NCBI GenBank assembly: GCA_951406725.2
Contig: OX597814.1
Span: forward strand, 176,142,001-176,206,000
Origin: Octopus vulgaris
Lineage: Eukaryota
DNA length: 64,000 bases
Direction: 5' to 3'
Below are positions 12,760 to 26,654 of the stretch, in pieces. Positions within the stretch are counted from its first letter, which is position 1, and each line of letters begins with the position of its first letter. The notes below the pieces were generated by a model. That model did no database searches and was not told the DNA's origin. It saw nothing but the letters and a program-made list of their open reading frames with translations. Made by a program: the position numbers and the translations under genes.

Positions 12760-13250
12760 TGAAGGCGGGCGAAATATCGCTAATCGTTTTATCCAGGGGG
12801 CGGGGTGCTTATGATTCTCCCAGCTCGCCGCCTTCTTTTCAGTAAATTATATTCAAATTTTGGCACAAGGCTAACAACACCCGGTGCTCGCCGGGTAATT
12901 ATTTTATCGACCCGAAAGGATGAACGGCAATGTCGATCTCGGCGGATTTTAAACTCAGAACGTGAAAACGAGTGAGATGCTGTTAAGCATTTCGCGTAGC
13001 GTGCTAACGGTTCTGCCAGCTTGTCGCCTTATTTTAAGTAAATATTATTGGTTTTAAATTTTGGCACAAGGCCACCAGTTTCGTGGAAAGCGATAAATAT
13101 TCAAGTGATACTTATTTTATCGAACTCCGAAAGGGAGACAGGCACAGTCGACCTCTGCGGAATTTGAATTCAGATCATAAGTACGAACGAAATGCCGCTA
13201 AGCCTTTTTTCTCCGGCGTGCTAACGTTTCTGTCAACTTGCCGCCTTATG
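12760..13250 (-). mobile_element. Stacked diverged SINE family B fragments
   Basis: Repeated TTTTATCGACCCGAAAGGATGAA...GAACTCAGAACG and GCCAGCTCGCCGCCTT-like heads. Confidence 0.75.
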
Positions 13251-13703
13251 ATTCCTTCTATATTGACAATTATAGAACTTAGAAAATTCACTTCGTCTTA
13301 TTTTTAACTTCAGGAGAGTCTCAAATAAAAAGACTTACCGAACTTAAAATAAATCTCCGAAAAATATTCCAAAATCCATTTATGTTTCATAATTGGTAAT
13401 AAATTGTGAGAGTTAGTTCGTTTATTTATTTACATCTGACGTCTCCGATACGAAACCTCGTAAGAAAATCAGTGCTGGCTATTATTTCTATGGAAAATCT
13501 GTAGAGATGACCTTAAGACGTTAGTAACTGTAAAGAGTTTTATTTTATCTAGAAACTGAGATTCCAGTAAATCTAAGGTCATCTTAAGGATGATTATTTA
13601 AAAGATTTATGGTATTTAGAATGTTTTCAAAACTTACCATCAAAATGTTTAGGTGGAAGCATGTCTAATTGAATAAATGCAACGAACAGAATCTCGTAAT
13701 ATC

Positions 13704-13937
13704 TAATTCTTTATTGCCCACAAGTGGCTAAACATAGAGGGGACAAACAAGGACAGAAAAATGGATTAAGTCGATTACATCGACCCCAGTGCGTAACTCG
13801 TACTTATTTAATCGACCCCGAAAGGATGAAGGGCAAAGTTTAACCTCGGCGGAATTTGAACGCAGAACGTAGCGGCAGACGAAATTCCGCAAAGCATTTC
13901 GCCCGGCGTGCTAACGTTTCTGCCAGTTCGCCGCCTT
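13704..13937 (-). mobile_element. Full-length SINE family B (Meta-domain-like) with 16-bp TSD
   Basis: AGAATCTCGTAATATC at 13688-13703 and 13938-13953; tRNA-like head plus a TTCATCCTTTCGGGGTCGAT core. Confidence 0.92.
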
Positions 13938-14690
13938 AGAATCTCGTAATATCATTTATATATAGCTGATTTATTGGACGAACCAGTCGGGTTCAAGAGG
14001 GACTGTTTAAGGTATCAGTTTTTGCGGGCAAAAATTAAAAACGATTAATTATGAAATGCTCCCCTTCACTGTTGCAACTCGGAATATTGCCTCCTGTGTT
14101 ATAACTGGGCATATCACGCTTTAGATGGCGTACGTTGGCGTATGTGTGTATGTGTGTATATGCGTTGTGTGATTTAGTGGCTTAAAATACTTGCCGATGT
14201 TTCTTCTCCCTCCCCGTTTCTCTTCCTTTTTTCTCACTTACTCTCATTCACACAAACACACTCTCTTTTAATTTCTTTCTCTTTTATGTTTTGTCTCTTT
14301 CTTTCTGTCTTTCCATCCCTCTCTCTTTCCCTTTGTATATCTCGTTCTCTTTCATTTCATAGAAATGTCCTTTTTGTTTTTCATTCGAGCGTTTTGTTTT
14401 TCATTAAGCTCTATCCAGCATATCACAAAATACGCGGAAACCACATTGTCAAAACAAGAGAATCAGGCAAGATTACAATTTGCTTGTTCTTTCACGAGTA
14501 ATTAATTATCTACTCTACTTGAACGTTTAATTCCACTAGAGTCACTGAAAAAGTAAAAGATGTATACTAAGGTCACTTCGAATGACACACAAAATTCTTC
14601 TTTACCAAAACTAGTACCGCACCTACAAAAACGAAAGAAAGCCATTTTCTTGTTGTCCACAATGTATTATATAACAATGCTCTCTTTCTC

Positions 14691-14741
<51 letters not shown>

Positions 14742-15094
14742 TTTTCGTAAATAGTTATAAAGACCAGTTCTTTCTTTGACTGTCTACTTCAGTTCAGTTC
14801 ATAGGCAATCTGAACAGCGATAGGCAATGTTCGATCTATGCTTTCACAAAGCGACATTAAAACTAAATTATCTTCTTTTTCACCAACAGAAGCTTGCAAT
14901 GAAGGTAGTTCAGTCGCCAGTAGGTTCTTGTTTTTGTTTTTTTATTATGCTGTTCTTTTTACTTTCTTATTTCGGTGATGTCGTTAGATTTTTCTCGTTT
15001 CTGTACATTCCATGCGTTTTTACCTCAGTGGTTTTTTAAACTGCTGCTGCTACTACTACTACTACTACTACTGATAATAATGATGATGATGATG

Positions 15095-16340
15095 ATTTCT
15101 TTATTGGCCACTAGGGCCTACGTTAAAAACGATACAAAAACAGGAAAAACACACGGGGGTATTTGTGTACACAGATATACAATAACAGGGTCACAAGGAA
15201 ATTTTAACAATGAATAATTCACCAAAAGGGGAGAGGCTTCCGATGGTTGCTCCTGAAATCCCCACGAAGCCACGGTTACCTTGATCACGAGGGCAAGAAC
15301 CATCTTCTCCTCAATCCCTCAATTTACAATCCCATACTCAGAGCAGGACCATCCATTTGGACCATCCTTGCCAATCATCAGCCTTTCAACATATTTCATG
15401 TGAGGCAGCACTTACTTTTCCATTTTCATTTTCTTTTGAAGTGAAACTTGAAAAACTTGATGGGAAACTTGACCAAAGCGGAACGTGTCTGTTTTCAGCC
15501 CTTTTCAACCAAACAGATAAGTACTCCCTGTCCTTTCCAGTCAAAAGAAGGCAGCAGGACGATCTTTACAATGGTCTCGACCGATAGCCGGATTCTTCCT
15601 ACTGCAAGTATTCGACATAACTCCGCAAATCAACAATGCTCGGGCACTGGACGAGTACGTACAGTTTCGTCGCTCTGCTCGCACCGCAGTAGGCACAGCT
15701 GACGGTACTTCCATGCCAGAAATGGTTCCCGACCTTCCTAGTTGTCATGACAAGCATAGATTTCCGGAAATTATCCATGAGCCCCGGTCCGAAATTAGAA
15801 GAGCTGTCGAAAAGCAAGTCTGATAATCGACGACCACACTTGTTCACCGACAAGGAAACGCTGGAAACGTCGTAGTCTCAGCGTATATCTACGCATCATC
15901 AGTGACGGCCTGCCAAATCCTCCACTCATTGAGTGTTGACAGTGGGACATATCCCTTCTACAGAAAACGGAAGAGCAGTAAATCCAGTCCAGCGATGTGT
16001 GAATTGAGGCAAAGCAGACATTAGTCACCTTTGGGCAACATTTCAGGCATAGTTTTCTTTTCGTTCAATTTTGTGTTGAAATTGGCCACCCTATTCGTCA
16101 CCTCATCCCAGCTTTTCTCCACTAACAGATCGGAACGAAATTAAACCTTCAACGATTTCACCGGTCCGTCCATCTAACGACCTACATAAACTTCTTTCTC
16201 CGGATTCCGGGCTTCAGGTCCACTGACTTTTTGTGGCTAATTTTCTCTCCTATCGACGTATCGTAGAGTAGTGCCGATCACCTCGATATATTTGGCAGTT
16301 AACACTATAACGCTGGAGTTGTCTGCATATGCTAGCACAG
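15095..16340 (-). mobile_element. 5'-truncated decayed LINE, L1/Tx1-like RT and C-terminal region with 3' UTR
   Basis: LAYADN (YADD-like) at about 16310-16335; SGGFGRPSLMMRRYTLRLR resembles the GGLG-P motif after L1/Tx1 RT; stops and frameshifts; AATAAA then a microsatellite tail at about 15040-15103. Confidence 0.7.
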
Positions 16341-16477
16341 AGATATTTTTCTATAATATGATATAGTCTTTTAAAGAAAATATATTGTTCTTTCAAGTTT
16401 CAAATCTAGTTGACTTCGTTATTTTCAGACGGATGATAAAGAAAACCATATTCTGGTTATACATGCATACATAGCCA

Positions 16478-16515
<38 letters not shown>

Positions 16516-17546
16516 GTATGATTAATAATATCATTGGAAACAGTGCTTTTGCTCATAGCAAAATTTTGTTTACTGTTGACAATAAATGATTTTTTTATTG
16601 TAGTCTGATCTGTAGAAATACCGAGAAATGGTTTATTCGAAATGCTAATTGAAGATTAGCATAATCGAGAGAGAGTGAGATGAACAAAACGTCTTAGAGT
16701 ATTTAGGTAAACACTTTTACGTTCTGAATTCACGTCTCGCCGGTGTCAACTTGAGTTTTTGTCCTTCCGGAAAGATGATAAGATATGAACCGTACAAGTA
16801 CTATTTTTCGATCCCTTTAGTAATTCCCCCGCTCCTCAATAACTTCCTTCTATTTCTCTTAGAATATAACATCTCGTTTGTATTAGAATATATTTCGTTT
16901 GTATTTCAAATTAATTTTACCCATATTAAACCTTATGCTTGTTTCGCTGTTGACCTTTAACCCCACATTTGTCCTGGCTGATCGGACCTGTGATCAAAGA
17001 CTTTCCAGCAAGTACCACCCCGTCCTTCTTTTAGACATTCCGTGTCTCGGGATACCATCATCCAATGAGTTTCTGGAGAGATTTAGATGCTATTTCTAGC
17101 TGACTGCACAGGGCTCCCTCGTACTATTTTCTTGTAATTACGATTAGTTATAGGCAGAAGTAGTTCGTTTAGAAACTATATGGTTTGAAGTTTTTTCCTC
17201 TGTGCAGGGCCTGAGGGAATAACTTACCTTCTTCCATACGCATAAATCGGACCGAAGCTTTGTGAATAAAATTTCTGCGAAAACTGTGTCGAATCGGGTG
17301 GTAAAGTGATTCCGCCACACGGTATAACAAATCTTCCGAGAGACCGGGTGCCTTTAGCAGCCTCCATTCTGAAGAAAGCTTTTGAGCCTGGCCTTCGTGT
17401 TCAGGACAAATGTTTCACTTATTCCCATCTCACAGGGGGCCTCTGGAAACCGTCATCGACAGTAACTTTCCTCTTCTGACGAAAACATGAATAAAATTGC
17501 ATTCTCCCTAATACTTGCGATTATATACATCTCTATCTATCGATCC

Positions 17547-17619
<73 letters not shown>

Positions 17620-17623
<4 letters not shown>

Positions 17624-17863
17624 GAGGCGCAATGGCCTAGTGGTTAGTCGTAGGATCGCGGTTTCGATTCCCAGACCGGGCGTTGTGAGTGTTTATTGTA
17701 TTAAAAGCTCCACGAGGCTCCGACAGGGGGTGGTGATCCCTGCTGTACTCTTTCACCACTCTTTCTCCCACTCTTTCTTCTGTTGGCCTGCTCGCTTAGC
17801 CAGCGGGGTGGCGTCATTCGAAGCGATGTGTAACTACATCTGATGGACTGATCAGTCACGTGA
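17620..17863 (+). mobile_element. tRNA-derived SINE family C, internally deleted
   Basis: GGAGGCGCAATGGCCTAGTGGTTAG (box A) and GGTTTCGATTCCC (box B), GC-rich body, inserted in (TA)n. Confidence 0.8.
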
Positions 17864-19229
17864 TGGTGATGGATATATATATATATATGTATGCATATGC
17901 ATGTATGTATGTAGGTATGTATGTATGTATACACGCACACACACACATGCATATACACACACAGAGTTGTGTGTGTGTGTCTGTGTAAGGGAACTAACTC
18001 AAAGTGACCAGTGGAATCTGAACATCGACACAAACATTAAATAATACAACGGAAACAGCTGCCTTTCTTATTTCTAAACGAAATGGAAACGGCGCCGCAC
18101 AAGCGTGTCGGAGATTGGAGAAAGTTGACGTGACGGAAAAATGTTAAGTGACGCCAAAGCATACTTATCACAGAATGGGAGAATAATATTTCTAAGCACG
18201 CCAAAGGAATTGCAGGAAGATACTATGGAAAAAAACTGTTATCTAACAGTGCATTTCATCAAAAACTAGGTGACTCGATAATATACAATATAAATCCATA
18301 AATTAATACAATACTATCTTCGCTTCTAGAGAACGTAAAAACAGTCGTCTGGTAGAAATTGAGACTAAGTCTAAATGAGAAGGGCAGATAATCTTAAGGA
18401 TGAAGAATTTTCCGTAACTGACATGCCATTAGCAAAATGATAGTCTGATTGACCGGGAAGAGGACAATTGTGAACAAATGTTTCAATACTTCAGTTGTAT
18501 AACATAGGCTCCAGTAAAACTATAAAACCAATGTAGAAATATATAAAAACAAGTTAAGATCCTTTAGATAATTTGCATACTTTAAACATAATTTAAGTGA
18601 GCCAACAGAAATAGTTCCGAGTGTCCAATGGCATGAATTTGAACAACGTAGGTGAATAAAGACTTATTAAATAACATACAATTTAACTTCTGGAGGTCTT
18701 AAGACAATCGATTAATGGCAGATGGGATTAACTTCGAATGAGAAGGGGAGATAATTCAAAACATCCCATTAAGGAAAACAATATATAGATAGTTGTATAA
18801 GTGTGCGTGCGTGTGTGTGTGTGTGTGTGTTGTGTCTGTGTGTGTGTGTGTGTGTGTGAGCTTGTGTGTGTGCATGTGTATGTAAATGAAAATGTGTATA
18901 TGTAGATGCATCAAACATGCTCTTCATTCCTATACGACCTACTTTTCTAAGGCATTGCATTGATATTGCTTTCCTTTTAATGTCATCGGAAAGTATATAT
19001 ATAATACGCGCAAGTTTATTTCTCTCTTTCTCTTTCTCTCTTGCTCTCTCTCAGTCTCCTCTACTTTCTCTATCTCATCACTCTCTCTCTCCCTTTGTCT
19101 CGCTCTCTCCCTTGATATAGACTCATTTCTATATCTGTCTTTCAGTCCTCCCCACCCTCTTTTTCACCTACAGTATTTTTTCTTTTATTTCAATCCACTC
19201 CTTACTATCATTCTGCCTTTCATCTTTTG

Positions 19230-19328
19230 AATTATACATACATACACACACAAATATAAACACACACACGCCTACATACAAACACATATACATACAAGCA
19301 TATATAAATACAGGCATATATACATACA

Positions 19329-19426
<98 letters not shown>

Positions 19427-19554
19427 TACATACTTATATATATACATATATATATATATGTATATATACATTTATATAAACACAAACACATATTATATTA
19501 TATATAGGGATATACATATACACAGACATACATAAATATACATGCGTAAATGTG

Positions 19555-19609
<55 letters not shown>

Positions 19610-19640
19610 GTATATATATGTATATATATGTATGTATATG

Positions 19641-19681
<41 letters not shown>

Positions 19682-19750
19682 TCACACGCATGTATATACA
19701 TCTACATACATGCATGTTTGTGTGTGTGTGTGTGTTTGTATGTGTGTATT
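19230..19750. repeat. Degenerate (TA)n/(TG)n microsatellite block
   Basis: Direct. Confidence 0.95.
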
Positions 19751-20100
19751 TGCATGAATCACAGGTAAAAGGAAAATAACAAAACAAGAAAACAGTACAT
19801 AAAAAGAAACCGATCGCTGTAGGAGGTCGGTTTAATGATTCTCAGATATATCGATTCCCTACATGTTTTTCCGCCACGCCATTCACTTCCACGTATACAG
19901 TTCAACACGCACGCCGAACGACAAAGTGTTTGACTCGCTTACTTACATATCGAATTTTATTTAAGTGATACAAGAAGTTAGTTTGAATTCAAATGCTAAA
20001 TAATATCAATACACTCTGTTGCGTGTTTGCCTGTATATGCATGAATCGATGATTATACGTATATTCATAGGTATATATGCATCTATTTGTATGTGTGTAC

Positions 20101-20171
<71 letters not shown>

Positions 20172-20259
20172 GTATATATGTATGTATATGTATATGTATA
20201 TATATATATATATACAGAGAGAGAGAAAGAGAAAAATAGATTGATAGATATGTATATGT

Positions 20260-20319
<60 letters not shown>

Positions 20320-20569
20320 GGATGCTTCAACACGGTTTACACGGATGGCATCGGTAAGTGTAATTGGCCGAAACAAGAGTACCTCCCGTGTGATTTTCAG
20401 TCCTGGTAGAACCTACAACCTTTTGCCAAGATGTCTGTACACACGCGCGAGTGCACACTCAAACACCCAGATACCTATATGTATATATGTATGTTTATAT
20501 TTATTCATTTGTGCATATACGTTTCTATATGTATATGTGTATATTGCATGTATAATTATATATATATAT

Positions 20570-20760
20570 TGAGCAATAAGTAAAAAAGACAACATATGAA
20601 AGAAAAGCTTTAAGGAATGTTTTATTAGTTCAACGCTCACAAAGAAGGGAAAGTAACACGATGTTTCGAACTCTAGTCCTTCATCAGAAAAGATCAAGGA
20701 ATAAGGATAAGTCACGGAGAAAATAAAAAGAATGAGGAAAGATGGTTCGGAAAAAAGAGA
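20570..20760 (-). mobile_element. (TA)n-adjacent element with hammerhead-like motif
   Basis: Minus strand CTGATGA-A-GGAC-TAGA-GTTC-GAAACATC (20660-20687), then GAGCGTTGAACTAATA as in the related elements. Confidence 0.6.
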
Positions 20761-21356
20761 AAAATACTTTCATAATGGAACGTGCGACAAACATATTGCA
20801 GTTATCTTGTGACCCTCACTGACTTTCTTGTGCTTTATTTACGGTTTTTTTTTTTAGTCTTCATATAATGTTGTCTTCCTGTCATTTATTTTAATTAATG
20901 TTTTATCTATAATAGATAAACAGTTTTCAGTGTTTAGACGGGAATTGTTTCCAGTTCTGTTTCCTCTTTTGTTTTTCTGTCTGTACCCACAGACCCGGTC
21001 TTCTTTTCTCGTATTTTTATCTTTCCTTTATTACTTTCTACGGACATTATATTTGTTTCATAGACTCCAGACTTTTCACCAAGTTATCATTTTATTATCT
21101 TTTATATCTTTCACTATTTATACAATTCTTATATCAGTGTTGTTTTTTTTCCTTAAATACCACATTTCTCTTATCCGCCCTTTCGCCTCACACTCGCGCT
21201 TGTCAGCCCCTGTTCCACTCTCACATACGATACGATGACACCTACACATCGTCCTCCCACATCCTCTCTGTCCTTCACCATTACACTGCAAACCTATACA
21301 TGTTGCACGAAAACACATGCACCCCATACTACACACACATCATTATGCCCATCTTG

Positions 21357-21387
<31 letters not shown>

Positions 21388-21438
21388 TATACACATACAT
21401 ATATATATATATACTCGCACACACACACACACATACAC

Positions 21439-21499
<61 letters not shown>

Positions 21500-21504
21500 T
21501 ATAT

Positions 21505-21672
21505 AGTTAATCCAAACAAGAAAGCACAAAAAAACACAACAACGAGAGGACGTGGAACAAATATAGTATTATTGGACGCTCTTCGTCGGAAGCATAGAAG
21601 AAGGAAAGATCCAGAGAAGGGAAGACACAGAAAAAATCGCCAACGGTACACACGCGGTCACATTTTGAATCA
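21505..21672 (-). mobile_element. (TA)n-embedded element of the same family as 44427-44585, hammerhead region deleted
   Basis: GTTAATCCAAACAAGAAA...GAGGACGTGGAACAAATA...TTGGACGCTC matches 44427-44510. Confidence 0.8.
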
Positions 21673-22111
21673 TATATATACATATATATACATATATACA
21701 TATATATACATATATACATATATATACATATATACATATATACATATATATACATATATACATATATAATTATGCATGCATATGTGTGTATTTGTGTGTG
21801 TGGCGTGTGTTTGTGTGTGAGTGTGTGTTAAGAAGGTACTCAAAATTTTGGATAGAAATTATCTATTTAGCGCTAAATCTCTTTTGAGAGATTCATCCTG
21901 TACGAGATATTTACAGAAAATTCTTGCCTATTATATATATTGGTTGAAAAAATCTGGAGTTCAATTGGGGAGAGGCTGTTATATGTATATATATATATAT
22001 ACACCTAGTGCATTGCAACTCCAGAAAACGGTATTATTAGTGACAGTTAGGATACCTAGGAAGGTTTTTGGCATGTAAGGTCACTTGTTGTAACCTGATG
22101 TTGGGAATTTT

Positions 22112-22336
22112 GGATTTTTTCAATCTCAGTTACAGATTTTTCAATTAATTTTTTTTAACTGAACAGTTTGAGATTTCGGATACTAGTAGAATGTCTCACA
22201 TAGAACACGGTTTACTCATAACGCTTTTGACAAAATTTTGTATTTTAGAAGTTATTTCATGTTAAGTTTGTCGTATTTGGGTACTTTTAACCAATCAATG
22301 ATGTGTTTTCAGCTGAAGAAAGTTACTGCTGTTTGC
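22112..22336. mobile_element. Decayed single arm of the foldback family seen at 46394-47061
   Basis: Collinear blocks TTCGGATACTAGTAGAATGT, CAATCAATGA, CAGCTGAA...TTACTGC match the left arm at 46415-46618. Confidence 0.7.
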
Positions 22337-22469
22337 GAAAGTAATGGAAGAGCAACAACATCCAGGTTATCTACTTTGGATGCTGCATACATATATGTAC
22401 GTAAATACACAGACACATGTATACGTATACACACACACACACACCAATACATACACACACATGCAACTT

Positions 22470-22515
<46 letters not shown>

Positions 22516-22752
22516 TGATGATGATGATGATTTTTATAAATTTTGGCGCAATACTTGTAATGTTGAAGGGCAGGGCAAATCGATTACGTGACCGATACTT
22601 TGTTTTATTGATACCGAAAGGATAAAAAATAATATGGTCTTGGCGGGATATGAACTCAAGGATGAAGGACAAAGCTGATTTCTTCGAAATATACACGCTA
22701 GAGTGCGATGTAGAGTAGTATACTGAATAGTGTACACAACAAATTTTATCTA

Positions 22753-23212
22753 CCGTAAATCCTGGAGTATAATATGCAGGGGATTTTTAGGGGGCTGTAC
22801 CTCTGAAAAACCTAAACCTTGTGTATAATACGCACCCCTTCTCTAACTTGAGTCAAGAATGGCTATATAACGTCCATGGTTTGTAAAAATGTATACGTTA
22901 ATGTCCTTTATTATTATTGTATATATAACATAACGCAAACGTGTAGCTTTTTTGTGCATTTTGTTTGCAGCAAAGAAATAACAGTAATAACGTTTAATAA
23001 ATGTTGCTAACTGCAAGTCATGGATGATTTAAGGTATTTTCGCGCCCGACATCACAAAATGCGTCTGAATAAACATTGCCGGACAGCAAATAGAAACTCG
23101 GACATTGCTTAGAAAATAATTTTCATTTTTAACCTCGTATATAGTACGCACTAGGGATTTTGACCTTTGAATTTTGGGGGAAAATGTGCGGATTGTACTC
23201 GAGGATTTACGG
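22753..23212. mobile_element. MITE, Tc1/mariner-pogo type, TA TSD
   Basis: TA|CCGTAAATCCTGGAGTATAAT ... ATTGTACTCGAGGATTTACGG|TA; second copy at 58336-58840. Confidence 0.9.
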
Positions 23213-23534
23213 TATTTATCTTTCATACAACTACACATATTCCCCCATACCTACAAATGAACATTTTCTCTGAGAGGACTATTTTTCGTGAAACGGATCT
23301 ATATGAAGATACGCAATTATTTTTCTTTACTTCTCCATAGCCAAGACTTTCAAATAAGTAATTCTACAGAGTTGTCTACTTTACACATGTTTCAGGTATT
23401 ATGAATTATACTGTCTTTTTAAGTTCAAACTCCACTTAGTCTCCCTTTGCGTTTGATCTTTTAGTAGTCAAGATAAGTAGCGAGATGGATGGTATTGATT
23501 GCTTTCTTCAAGACAAGACCGAGAGAAGATGAGC

Positions 23535-23650
<116 letters not shown>

Positions 23651-23802
23651 TAGACAAGCAGACAGGCAGACAGACGACAAGCAGAAAATTAAACAACTTT
23701 TAAACATTGAACTGATTGTATCGAAAATTTACACCAGTTAACACCACTGTACGGATGCAACACATGTACTTCCGTGTATATATATATACATATATATATG
23801 TG

Positions 23803-23837
<35 letters not shown>

Positions 23838-23849
23838 CCTTACCTACAA

Positions 23850-23894
<45 letters not shown>

Positions 23895-23953
23895 TACAAT
23901 CATACATACATGCATACATGCATATATGTGCTTGTGTGTTAATTGGTGCATAT

Positions 23954-24204
23954 CTTTGATAGAATCAGTTTAATGTCTAATAGTGTGTAATTATCAGGTA
24001 AAACTGATGAGTGTGCTCTGTCGTGTGTATTGGTTTCTCATACATTTTACATCTAAGATAAAGCGGGAAGAAAGGAGGAAAAATTAGACAGACGATATTG
24101 GGAAGCGGTTGTAAAATGCAAAACTAATACATACAACAGCACACGCTCATTAGTCTTTGCAGATAATTAAACTCAACTCAGACATTAAACTTATTCTAAC
24201 AAAG
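23954..24204. mobile_element. Old imperfect inverted-repeat element (MITE-like)
   Basis: CTTTGATAGAATCAGTTTAATGTCT...TAATTATC...CATTTTACA mirrored by TGTAAAATG...GATAATTA...AGACATTAAACTTATTCTAACAAAG. Confidence 0.65.
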
Positions 24205-24656
24205 CTTTATAGCAATTAACATCATTACACTGATTGCTTTAATAAATTTTTAGCAGTGATTAGTAAGCTGCTCTGCTTTAGTTACTCCCACTAAAACAGA
24301 AGGATATCCCCACCAATAGTGGGCATTTGATTACTAAACAATCTGTGTTCCTCTTTGAATGCTAATTTCATGTAAGATAATGAATGATAGCTGTTTAGAA
24401 GGTTCCACTCACATCATTAATCGTTCTCAATCACCAGCTTTGCAAATGTATAACACAAGAATAACTGAATGGATCTCGGTGTAATTTCGACACGTTTCCA
24501 CTTGTTCGATCAACGGAACTATCTTCTCATCAAATAAAACAGAATGTAATTGAGTATTTCACAGACCGTTGTACTCTTAACCCTTTGCCTGTCTAAAGCA
24601 TTTTAATGAGGTTGTCCTGCACGCCAATGCTTATTACATACGTTCTCAGTAATATA

Positions 24657-24915
24657 ATAAATAATAAATGCGCCTTTTAAAGCCTAGCCAGGCTCATGGG
24701 TCCGGTTTACCGGTTTCTATGGCTTATGTGTTCCCCAGCTGGACGGGCTGCCAGTCCATCGTAGCGTTACTCATTTTTGCCAGCTGAGTGGACTGGAGCA
24801 ACGTGAAATAAAGTGTTTTGCTCAAGAACACAACGTGTCACCCGGTCCAGGAATCGAAACCACAATCTTACGATCATGGTGCTGACACCCTAACCACTAA
24901 GCCACGCGCCTCCAC
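24657..24915 (-). mobile_element. tRNA-derived SINE family D (V-domain-like) with 13-bp TSD
   Basis: TSD TCTCAGTAATATA at 24644-24656 and 24916-24928; minus-strand head GTGGAGGCGCGTGGCTTTAGTGGTTAG, box B GGTTTCGATTCC, core GATGGACTGGCAGCCCGTCCAG. Confidence 0.88.
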
Positions 24916-25749
24916 TCTCAGTAATATAATGCTTCTGTTTTATAAGTCCCAGTTTACTCTGATGGTTGAAAGAAAAAACATACTCAAAGGTCTACTTACT
25001 TCATGGTAACGAAATAACTTCTTAATCGGTAATTTATCTTATTGACACCATAAAAATATGAAAAGCAATCCTTACCTCTGTAGAATTTGAACTCAGAGCG
25101 GTGTGAAGCAGAACAAATACTGCAAGACATTTTGTCCCAGGTTCAAATGCTTCTGTCATTTCGCTTCATGCTTGCTAAATTTGGTAGATACTAAACCAAC
25201 TGACGGAGAAAGCCTCTACATTATATTTAAAGAACGTTGTATAGTCTACAACGTTCTTTAAATACAATTAAATCTCCATCCAATAAAATTCTATAGATTT
25301 GGAAAATGAAGGATACATTTCATAATATACTCCTGGATTTACTAAATTTGAAGTTTTGAAGAAACGAAAAATCATTGTCATCATGACTGGAGTGCCTTTG
25401 GTCATAGGTCTGCTGGTCCATTACTGATGTGAAGTTAAGCAACAACAACTTTGACATCCAACACTATCTTTATTATCCAATAACTTATGAAAATATTTTT
25501 AATAATTGAAACTGAGAATGCGAACTGGTTAGCAATTTAATTAGCAACCATAAATTTAACCTGACATCTGTACATACAACAAGATTTTGCGTAGGAGATG
25601 AAATTCCCTTTCCATCTATTGCTCAATTATCTGAAACGCACGTATTAAATGCATTCGAAATTATCACTGCTTGGTTTGGTTTTATTATTATAGATTATAC
25701 GATTCTTTGTCAGTACAAGCTGTTAGAGTATTCATAAGGATACTATAAC

Positions 25750-25952
<203 letters not shown>

Positions 25953-26084
25953 TGTGAACTTTCCCTGGGCTTTTGTCTTTTTGTTTTCTCTGTATATCCC
26001 TCCCTCGCTCTTTCTCTTTTCCTCTGTATGTGTATATGTGTGTATATATACATTTACATATATATACATACATCTATATATATA

Positions 26085-26303
26085 ACTTAGATATGTTTCG
26101 ACCAAAGACTGGTCCAGGCTATTTCTAACTTAATCCTTTTCAAGTCAAGTTTTGTGGTATTATGGTCCATTCGAGTAGGGTGTTCTTGTTGTGTGAGTTG
26201 TATCCAGGTATAGGGGGCTTATCCGGTACTCCTTGAAGAAATTTATCCAGATTCCGTTTAAAGGTGATGGGATCCTTTTCCTCTTTGATCTGTTTCGGGA
26301 CAA
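26085..26303 (-). mobile_element. CR1-like LINE ORF2 C-terminus and 3' UTR
   Basis: Minus strand translates VPKQIKEEKDPITFKRNLDKFLQGVPDKPPIPGYNSHNKNTLLEW; FK..LDKFL..VPD.P is typical of invertebrate CR1-group ORF2 ends. Confidence 0.75.
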
Positions 26304-26650
26304 AGTCGAGCAAATCGAGCCCAGGACTAATTCCTTGTCAGCCTAGTACTTATTCTATCGATCTCTTTTGCCGAACCGCTATCTTACGGGGACGTAAACA
26401 CACCAGCATCGGTTGTCAAGCGATGTTGGAGGGACAAACACAGACACACAAATATATACACACACATATACAGATATACATATATACTACGGGCTTCTTT
26501 CAGTTTCCGTCTACCAAATCCACGCACAAGGCTTTGGTAGACCCAAGGCTATAGTAGAAGACACTTGCCCAGGGTGCTACGCAGTGGGACTGAACCCGGA
26601 AACATATAGTTCGTAAGCAAGCTACTTACAACACAGCCACTCCTACGCCT
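26304..26650 (-). mobile_element. SINE family A, 3'-truncated, inside the CR1-like LINE
   Basis: Family A head at 26650 running down to the GTCGAGCAAATCG block. Confidence 0.9.
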
Positions 26651-26654
26651 ATGT

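Noticed and set aside
18030-18730. Possible very old LINE fragment
   Set aside because: A-rich strand bias only; no readable RT or endonuclease motif.
20340-20392. GGCCGAAACAAGAGTA within an ACACGG/CCGTGT-bounded insert next to (TA)n
   Set aside because: No CUGANGA box found; may be a repeat terminus but unsupported.
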